Shown in pieces: positions 38,072-44,752 of a stretch of 64,000 bases of DNA. Position numbers and translations under genes: made by a program. The number at the start of each line of letters is the position of its first letter. The first letter of the stretch is position 1. The notes beneath the pieces were generated by a model. It was not told the DNA's origin. It saw only the letters and a program-made list of their open reading frames with translations, and searched no databases. The DNA is from Candidatus Thorarchaeota archaeon (GTDB lineage Archaea > Asgardarchaeota > Thorarchaeia > Thorarchaeales > Thorarchaeaceae), in the NCBI GenBank assembly GCA_048882325.1, contig JBHLRS010000006.1, positions 32,001-96,000 on the forward strand, written 5' to 3'.

Positions 38072-38284
38072 TTGTCTCTACCTCCTTCTGCGAAGTTTCT
38101 CTACGTGCTGCTTAGGGACCGGCGACGGATGTCCCGTCAAGACCTCATCAGCATAACGTTTCTCCCTCCCAGGACTGTGAACTATGGTCTCAGTAGACTG
38201 AAGGCTCTTGGTCTAATTAGAGAGGAGGAACATGAGGAAGACGCGAGGGAGCGGGTCTACGAGTTGGTTCAGGCACCCATGTAG
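38072..38284 (+). CDS. Small winged-helix (MarR-like) transcriptional regulator; start uncertain
   Basis: LPPSAKFLYVLL..LPPRTVNYGLSRLKALGLI..DARERVY matches a common archaeal small wHTH family. Confidence 0.75.
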   Translation: MSLPPSAKFLYVLLRDRRRMSRQDLISITFLPPRTVNYGLSRLKALGLIREEEHEEDARERVYELVQAPM

Positions 38285-38300
38285 TGGGAACAGTGATGCA

Positions 38301-38336
38301 GAAGGTGGTATCTGGGATGATTCCCAGACCTCCTTC
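38301..38336 (+). terminator. Stem-loop downstream of the wHTH gene
   Basis: Inner stem tctggga/tcccaga (38311-38328), outer stem gaagg/ccttc, followed by aattttcc. Confidence 0.55.
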
Positions 38337-38411
38337 AATTTTCCATCCTAACGGTTTCCAAAAGCCTCATAATGTATTCCGCCTCCCAGCTGCATCAACT
38401 CAGACTGAGGC

Positions 38412-39776
38412 ATGAAGATGGATTTCTATAGAGATACTGGCACCGAACCAATAGGTGAAGAGGTTCGAACTCACTTCAGTAGCGAGATTACAGCTGAACT
38501 GGCTGGAAGCGAAGTTGTTCTTATGGGTTGGACCCACATCTTGAGGGATAAGGGGAAGATAAAGTTCCTCATCCTTAGAGATGAAGGAGGGACAGTTCAA
38601 GTCACTATACCACAGAAGAAAGTGTCAGAGGAGGTCTTTAGGACGTCTGAGCAATTAAAGCCTGAAACCGCTATTTCTGTCACAGGAGAGGTTGTTGCAA
38701 CTACTCAGGTTGAATCAGGTGCTGAGGTCATCCCAAAGAAGATTCGAATCATCAACACTTCTGAGCGACTTCCAATAGATGTGGTTGAAGGGAAAACCGA
38801 CATTGAACTCGACACCCGACTAAATTACAGAATTCTCGACCTCAGGAAGCCATCAGTTAATGCAATCTTCAAGATCCAACACAGTCTGGTTCGGTTCGCC
38901 AGGGCATTCCTAGAGGACAATGACTTCGTTGAAATACACACACCGAAGTTAGTTGCTGAGGCAACTGAAGGTGGGGCAAACCTCTTCGAGGTCAAGTATT
39001 TCGAGAGGAAAGCATACCTTGCCCAGAGTCCACAGTTCTACAAGCAACTCATGCTCTTGGCTGGCTTTGGGAGAGTCTATGAGATAGCTCCCGTGTTTCG
39101 AGCTGAGAAGCATAACACGCGACGTCATGTAAATGAATATACATCGTTTGATTTTGAGATGGCCTGGATTAGTGGGGTGGAAGATGTCATGAAGATGGAG
39201 GAGAACATGCTCCATCACTCCTTCAAGATGACAAAGAAACATGCCGCTGCTGAATTGGAACTCCTTGGTATTGATCTGGAGGTTCCAAAAGTTCCCTTCA
39301 AGAGAATCAAGTATCAAACAGCAATCGAGCTTGTCAATGAAGCTGGAAAGGACCTTACGATAACTGATGACCTTGACCCGGAGTGTGAACGTCTTCTCGG
39401 AGAGATATTTCCTGAAAAATATGGAACTGACATGGTCTTCATAACTCACTACCCATTGGAACTCCGTCCAGCATACACGATGCCCAGCATGACTGATGAA
39501 GGAATGACAGAGAGTTTTGACCTGACATACAAAGGAATGGAGATCACAACAGGAGGTCAGCGAATCCACTTGTATGACCTACTCGTTGAACGCTTCAGAG
39601 CCAAGTGCTTCAATCCTGATGATTTTTCATTCTATCTTGATCCCTTCAAGTATGGTGCACCCCCACATGGTGGTCTGGGACTCGGAGTTGAACGAATGAC
39701 AATGCAGCTCTTGGGCATAGAAAACATAAGGGAAGCAACCTTACTACCCCGAGACCGCGATCGCCTCACACCTTAA
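38412..39776 (+). CDS. aspS: Aspartyl-tRNA synthetase, archaeal type (possibly non-discriminating)
   Basis: OB-fold N-terminus, LDTRLNYRILDLR, LAQSPQFYKQ, motif 2 FRAEKHNTRRHVNE, GGQRIH, PPHGGLGLGVER. GWTH has His at the position associated with ND enzymes. Confidence 0.93.
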   Translation: MKMDFYRDTGTEPIGEEVRTHFSSEITAELAGSEVVLMGWTHILRDKGKIKFLILRDEGGTVQVTIPQKKVSEEVFRTSEQLKPETAISVTGEVVATTQVESGAEVIPKKIRIINTSERLPIDVVEGKTDIELDTRLNYRILDLRKPSVNAIFKIQHSLVRFARAFLEDNDFVEIHTPKLVAEATEGGANLFEVKYFERKAYLAQSPQFYKQLMLLAGFGRVYEIAPVFRAEKHNTRRHVNEYTSFDFEMAWISGVEDVMKMEENMLHHSFKMTKKHAAAELELLGIDLEVPKVPFKRIKYQTAIELVNEAGKDLTITDDLDPECERLLGEIFPEKYGTDMVFITHYPLELRPAYTMPSMTDEGMTESFDLTYKGMEITTGGQRIHLYDLLVERFRAKCFNPDDFSFYLDPFKYGAPPHGGLGLGVERMTMQLLGIENIREATLLPRDRDRLTP

Positions 39777-39796
39777 GGTATTCTGAGGAGAAACTG

Positions 39797-40864
39797 ATGA
39801 CCGCAGAACTGGATCAAGATAGAGCTGGTGACACCGACATCTCAAATCCGTTCTTCTCAAAAAGGGAGAAAGAGTTTCGGAGATGGGCTAGAGAAAATCC
39901 TCATCTAGTCTATGAAGCTCACCCTGACTCTCTACAGGAAGGATTCGAGTATTTCTTCACAACACGAGCGGATAAACTGCCAGCGGAGCGGCCCTCAGTG
40001 AGACGGATTGGAATGTTTCAAGAGAGAGGTTTGCCAAAACGTGCTATTCCTTCAATTATGCGGACCTTCTTCAATATCATGAGAGGAATAAACGCCAGCT
40101 GGAATGAAACCAACAAGTACCTTGACCATCTGGAACACCAACCGTTCGAGCCCCAACCTGAGCTCTGGTCTGAACTCAGTGAGTGGGTGGGAACAAGATG
40201 GGATGATGTCATTCTCGGTTTTACTGAACTTCCCTCTCAGATGATTTTCAAAGGCAAATCGACTCTCTTTAAGTATGCAATTGTCGTTGGACAGGAGATG
40301 AAGAAGGACAAGATTGACTACGCACCTGACTATAGGGCTGGAAAAGAAGTGATGCGAGTTTATGGAAGCCTGGGATTGGTTGTGAATGACATTGCAAAGT
40401 GGCTTAGGAAAAAGGGTGTTCGTTGCCAGAGCAACCATCCTTTAGGAGGTCTAACAAATACCACAACACTGGCTGGAAAGGCTGGGATGGGTTGGCAAGG
40501 AATGAATGGACTCCTTATCACACCCAAATTTGGCCAACGTATTCGTTTGGCTCCTGTCTTTGTGGAACACAAATACTTCGAGTACACAGACAACAGAGAT
40601 CACGATTGGATTGAGAACTACTGCAAGCTCTGCAGACGATGTGAGAAAGAATGCCCTCAACAAGCGATTTACAGTGAGAAGATAGTGAGAATGGTCGATG
40701 TACCCGGCATTGGGCAGTGGAAAACATGCATCGATCGTGACAAGTGTTTCGACTTCTTCTGGAAAACACTAGGCTGCTCTGTATGTGTGAAGGTGTGTCC
40801 CTTCTCCAAATCCGAGGCTGCTTACGACAGATTGAAGGCTGTTGGTGAGAAGAATAGGACCTGA
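39797..40864 (+). CDS. Reductive dehalogenase/epoxyqueuosine-reductase (RdhA/QueG) family 2x[4Fe-4S], cobalamin-type protein
   Basis: AGMGWQGMNGLLITPKFGQRIRL, CKLCRRCEKECP and C-x9-CSVCVKVCPF. No twin-arginine signal evident. Confidence 0.8.
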   Translation: MTAELDQDRAGDTDISNPFFSKREKEFRRWARENPHLVYEAHPDSLQEGFEYFFTTRADKLPAERPSVRRIGMFQERGLPKRAIPSIMRTFFNIMRGINASWNETNKYLDHLEHQPFEPQPELWSELSEWVGTRWDDVILGFTELPSQMIFKGKSTLFKYAIVVGQEMKKDKIDYAPDYRAGKEVMRVYGSLGLVVNDIAKWLRKKGVRCQSNHPLGGLTNTTTLAGKAGMGWQGMNGLLITPKFGQRIRLAPVFVEHKYFEYTDNRDHDWIENYCKLCRRCEKECPQQAIYSEKIVRMVDVPGIGQWKTCIDRDKCFDFFWKTLGCSVCVKVCPFSKSEAAYDRLKAVGEKNRT

Positions 40865-40913
40865 TAATACTCTGTCTTAAAGCGCGAGTCGTTCTAAGGC
40901 ACTCACCGACCTA

Positions 40914-41705
40914 GTGCGGATTAGAATAATGAAGGGAAACGATCCAATGCACGAGCGACTTCACTCAGAACTTTACGCATCTATTGCTACGCTTGACCAG
41001 CTGAAGAAACTCTACGATCTTGGTGCAGTGGATATTCGGTCCTACCAACGCGAGTCACAAGCGCTTCTCAACGATGTTCGTTCACAGATTGAGAATATGC
41101 GTCGTCTGGGTCTTGATATTGGACGATTTGTGTCTAGTGAACGTATTATCGAGGTCTTTCCGGAAGCATCGACGCTCCTGCGACTTGGCAACCTTGCACC
41201 ACGAAGTACTCCTCAAGGGATGACTATGGACCAATTCTATGACTATGTTGGATTGGCAATACTTGATGTTGCCACAGAGCACTCATCACAGGGACTCATG
41301 GGGCTCGCTGAACTTATTGTCGAGGTTGTACGCCGCCTGCCCGAACTTGAATCAGTGACATACAATGATGTCATTGAGGCTGTGAACCGAGTTGCCGACA
41401 ACGGACTTATCCCTGGAATTCGGACTCTCCGTGGTGGTGTGAAAGTTGTAGAACTGAGGCCGCTTGAACTCCGACGCGACCAGGCTGATGTGATCAATCT
41501 AGCTGCTAGCAAAGGGTATGTGTCAGTGGAGGAAGTCATTATGCAACTCAAGTGGTCAGAAGATCATGCCCGACAAGTCTTATCGAGCTTGGTCGATGCT
41601 GGAATGGCTGTCGCAGACATTCGCTTTTCAACGGGTGGTCGATACTATTTCCCTGGTCTAAGAGCACGCGATACTTCGGATCCTCGAGGAACTAGTGCAT
41701 ATTGA
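40914..41705 (+). CDS. Vps28 N-terminal-like domain fused to EAP30/Vps22/Vps36 (ESCRT-II) winged-helix domains
   Basis: N-terminus SELYASIATLDQLKKLYDLGAVDIRSYQRESQALL resembles Vps28 AELYSII.TL..LEKAY..D.I....Y...C..LL. C-terminus DQFYDYVG..GLMGLAEL..DVIEAV..ELRRDQADVINLAASKGYVSVEEVIMQLKWSEDHARQVL..YYFPGL resembles EAP30/Vps22. Confidence 0.85.
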   Translation: MRIRIMKGNDPMHERLHSELYASIATLDQLKKLYDLGAVDIRSYQRESQALLNDVRSQIENMRRLGLDIGRFVSSERIIEVFPEASTLLRLGNLAPRSTPQGMTMDQFYDYVGLAILDVATEHSSQGLMGLAELIVEVVRRLPELESVTYNDVIEAVNRVADNGLIPGIRTLRGGVKVVELRPLELRRDQADVINLAASKGYVSVEEVIMQLKWSEDHARQVLSSLVDAGMAVADIRFSTGGRYYFPGLRARDTSDPRGTSAY

Positions 41706-41707
41706 TT

Positions 41708-42442
41708 CTATGTGGAAACGATAATTGCACCTCGTTTCTCATCAATCCATTCTGCTAATCCTTTCTTCACCATGATTGCCAGAACTATGTGAATATCCCT
41801 CTCTGGGAGAGTAGCAAAGTCTTCATCAACTTCTTGGATGACTATTGACTTCACATCAAGTCTAAGTTTTCCTGTCTTCAAAGCCCAATGGTATAGAATA
41901 TCTGCCCAATCCTCAAGTGGTTTCCAGTAAACTCTCAGCTGTCGTTTCTTTTTATCAACCCACTCAGCAACCTCTTTGTCCACAAGGACTGCCGCAATTT
42001 CCTTGAACGAATCGACTTTGTTCCTTAAATCCTTGAAAGGGGGCTCACTTATGAATGTCGCCAGAGATATAATGTGCACCTTCTTGTCCTCAGTCCACTC
42101 TAAGAGATAGTCTGACCATTCACCCGCCCAGAGTTCCCTGTCTTCTTCTCTAGTAGGCGTTCCATACATCCACTCAGTTTCTTCAACATCTCCCCAACTG
42201 GGCATGATAAAACCAGAATCAGTGGTCAGGGTTTCCATTACTTCTTCAGTCGCACTCTCAGTCTGTTCTTCTTGTTCTTCTGTTACTACAGGTTCAGTGA
42301 CCTCAACAACAACTTCTGGACTATGGATTTCTTCTTGCACTCTTGTTTTTTCAACAGAAGGAACCTCAACTTGCTCTTGTTCTACTGCCTCGGCTTTTTC
42401 CTTGGTCTTAGGTTTCTCTCGTTTTTTTTCTCTGACACCCAA
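41708..42442 (-). CDS. vps25: ESCRT-II Vps25-like protein with acidic low-complexity N-terminal extension
   Basis: WAGEWSDYLLEW, AEWVDKKKRQLRVYWKPLEDWADILYHWA, and a second WH ending GLAEWID. Directly downstream of vps4. Confidence 0.85.
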   Translation of the reverse strand: MGVREKKREKPKTKEKAEAVEQEQVEVPSVEKTRVQEEIHSPEVVVEVTEPVVTEEQEEQTESATEEVMETLTTDSGFIMPSWGDVEETEWMYGTPTREEDRELWAGEWSDYLLEWTEDKKVHIISLATFISEPPFKDLRNKVDSFKEIAAVLVDKEVAEWVDKKKRQLRVYWKPLEDWADILYHWALKTGKLRLDVKSIVIQEVDEDFATLPERDIHIVLAIMVKKGLAEWIDEKRGAIIVST

Positions 42443-42445
42443 TCT

Positions 42446-43654
42446 TTAGGAACCCTCCGCCCAGTCAATGTATCTCTTGACATCCTCTGGAGGGGTTGCA
42501 GGTCGAATGTTTTCTATTGCATGCAGGAAATCATCCCTGGATACGGGACGGATGTCGAGTATCTCCTGCTCATCATCCATTCTACCAGTCCGTTGCAAAT
42601 CCCTGATTGGTTCCATTGCCGCCTCACGACACACGACACTAATGTCTCTCCCACTGTATCCTTCAGTAAGGTCAGCGAGCTCCTCATATTCTACAGTGGG
42701 TGAGACCTCGATGTCTTCGATATGAATCTCGAAGATTTTCGCACGGGCTTCTCTGTCGGGAAGTGGAACATGTATCTTCTTTTCAAACCTCGACCGTAAT
42801 GCAAAGTCCAACTCCCACGGCAGGTTTGTTGCACCGATGAGCGTTACCCGGTCATCCTCATTACTCGCCAGTCCTTGAAGTTCAGTTAGTAACTGCGTCT
42901 TCAGTCGTCTCTCTCCACCAACATCATCCCCTGATCTTGACACCCCAATTGAATCCAACTCATCAATGAAAATTATTGCAGGTTGGTTCTTCCTCGCAAG
43001 TTCAAAGAGGTTCATGACGAGTCGTTCAGATTCACCAAGCCACTTGCTCACAATATTTGCAGCTGAAACATTGAAGAATGTGGCATTGACCTCAGAGGCT
43101 ACTGCTTTCGCTATCAAAGTTTTTCCGCATCCCGCTGGCCCATAGAATAGGATTCCCCTCCATGGTTGTCTCGCCTTGCCTATGAATAATTCCGGATGCT
43201 TCATGGGTGCTAGAATCGCGTCTTCAATTGCTTGTTTTGCATCTGCTAGCCCGGCTACTTCTGACATCTTGATACTCGGACGTTCTGTGATTATTGTATC
43301 AGAAATCATCTCTCTGAGTCGTTTCTCTTCCTCATCAAGCTCCGGTTCAGCACGTGTGGTTGGCACTGGTTCTGCAGTACTTTCATCAACCTTAGGTGGG
43401 GCAACAAGACCGTCAACTGGGCCATGCGATTTCTTCTTTATACCTGAGAGATATCTGACCCTGTCTACGCATTCTTGAGCTCGGTCAAAGTAGTGCTTTT
43501 TGATTGAAGGCAATGACGCAGAGTTTGACAGTTTGATGAGGATCTTACTAGCCTTGAGATACTCCTGGCAAGCCTCCTTCTTCATCCCCTTATTGTCCAA
43601 TTCTATTGCTTTGGCAAGTAGTGCTTTCAGCCCGTGGTCTACTCGATCCGCCAT
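42446..43654 (-). CDS. vps4: Vps4 AAA+ ATPase with N-terminal MIT domain
   Basis: MIT (AKAIELDNKG..EACQEY), PWRGILFYGPAGCGKT, SKWLGESERL, IIFIDELD, GATNLPWELD..RSRFEKKIHVPLPD, TEGYSGRDI. Confidence 0.95.
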   Translation of the reverse strand: MADRVDHGLKALLAKAIELDNKGMKKEACQEYLKASKILIKLSNSASLPSIKKHYFDRAQECVDRVRYLSGIKKKSHGPVDGLVAPPKVDESTAEPVPTTRAEPELDEEEKRLREMISDTIITERPSIKMSEVAGLADAKQAIEDAILAPMKHPELFIGKARQPWRGILFYGPAGCGKTLIAKAVASEVNATFFNVSAANIVSKWLGESERLVMNLFELARKNQPAIIFIDELDSIGVSRSGDDVGGERRLKTQLLTELQGLASNEDDRVTLIGATNLPWELDFALRSRFEKKIHVPLPDREARAKIFEIHIEDIEVSPTVEYEELADLTEGYSGRDISVVCREAAMEPIRDLQRTGRMDDEQEILDIRPVSRDDFLHAIENIRPATPPEDVKRYIDWAEGS

Positions 43655-43656
43655 GT

Positions 43657-43672
43657 GAGTTCATGTGAACTC
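43657..43672. promoter_or_regulatory. Inverted repeat immediately upstream of the vps4 start codon
   Basis: gagttca-tg-tgaactc. Confidence 0.35.
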
Positions 43673-43776
43673 TGCCTATATGGTGTTAAGAATTTCTGTC
43701 ACACCCGGTACATACACACACTATACAAACAAGTTGACGTCAATACTCTTTTCAGTCGTATGCGCATTGTTAAGCT

Positions 43777-44049
43777 GTGACAGATACAACTAATCACTAT
43801 CCTGTCGACATGATGGAATGGCGAGACTGGATCAAGAAGAATCTGGGTTATACAACAGAACAGGGAATCGAGTTTGTTCGAGCTGGCACTTTTCCGGTAT
43901 CGGAGCTTGTAGCGGTTTGGCGACAAGAATTCACTGTAGAGAAAGGGTATGTTGCTGATTTCATCCCGGCCTTAGAACGTAATAAGATGGGCTTCTTGCG
44001 TTGGATATATGCTGACGGAGCTGAGCCTTTTTGGAAAGAATCTGATTGA
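43777..44049 (+). CDS. Small hypothetical protein inside the ESCRT locus
   Basis: 90-aa ORF filling the gap between vps4 and ESCRT-III, with globular, Trp-rich composition. No family recognised. Confidence 0.65.
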   Translation: MTDTTNHYPVDMMEWRDWIKKNLGYTTEQGIEFVRAGTFPVSELVAVWRQEFTVEKGYVADFIPALERNKMGFLRWIYADGAEPFWKESD

Positions 44050-44132
44050 ATTAGTTGATATCTTCTGTTAACTACGAAGGTTTAAACGCTATCCTCCCAT
44101 TGATTGACCTGAGTTAACACACATAGAGTAAG

Positions 44133-44750
44133 GTGAGATTCTTGAGTCCAATTAGAAAGGCATTCTCCTGGGGAAGAAAGAAACCAGATATTGGTGAGAT
44201 ATCCAGCCGTCTAAGGATTCTATCTAAACAACTAGCACGCCAGAGGAACAAGTTGGAAAAGGAGGAACGAGATACAAAGGCACGTGCAGTTCGCGCAAGA
44301 AAGGCTGGACAGACTGAGGCGTACCGAACATATGCAACAGAAATGGTACGGTTCCGTAGATATGCTCTCGCGGTTGATAAATCACGGTTACAAATTCTGA
44401 AAATTCTGGCTCACCTGAATCGCGCTCAGACATCCGCAAAAACCACTATAGCACTCCAAGAAGTTGCCAAGATATTAGGGATGCTTGGTGATGGCACTGA
44501 TGCTTCAAAGGTTGTTGCAAATGTCGATGAGATTGCTCGACGCCTTGAAGAGTTTGAGATTGAAGCAAGTATATCTGACGAAGCTCTCGATTCAACGATG
44601 GAAGTGAGTTCAGAAGACCTTACATTTGCCTTTCAGGAAATTGATGCTGAAGCTGGGCTCGCAGATACACCAACTGCTGCAAGACCTGCTAGCGAGGCTG
44701 AAACCCTAGAGGAAGATATCAAAGCGCTAGAACGGGAATTGGGAGTATAA
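44133..44750 (+). CDS. ESCRT-III subunit, Vps2/24/46 class
   Basis: Basic helical hairpin LRILSKQLARQRNKLEKEE..KAGQTEAYRTYATEMVRFR, acidic C-terminal half, C-terminal MIM-like LEEDIKALERELGV. Adjacent to vps4. Confidence 0.9.
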   Translation: MRFLSPIRKAFSWGRKKPDIGEISSRLRILSKQLARQRNKLEKEERDTKARAVRARKAGQTEAYRTYATEMVRFRRYALAVDKSRLQILKILAHLNRAQTSAKTTIALQEVAKILGMLGDGTDASKVVANVDEIARRLEEFEIEASISDEALDSTMEVSSEDLTFAFQEIDAEAGLADTPTAARPASEAETLEEDIKALERELGV

Positions 44751-44752
44751 TA

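Noticed and set aside
38301-38336. Hairpin as a possible SECIS element
   Set aside because: No neighbouring gene shows an in-frame TGA at a conserved Cys position, and the stem is short. A terminator is the simpler reading.
38949-39569. 206-aa ORF antisense to aspS
   Set aside because: Entirely within a conserved essential gene and has no protein-like motifs.
43735-43742. TGACGTCA as a eukaryotic CRE (bZIP) site
   Set aside because: An 8-mer is expected about once per 65 kb by chance, and no bZIP factor is evident. Kept only as a weak palindrome observation.
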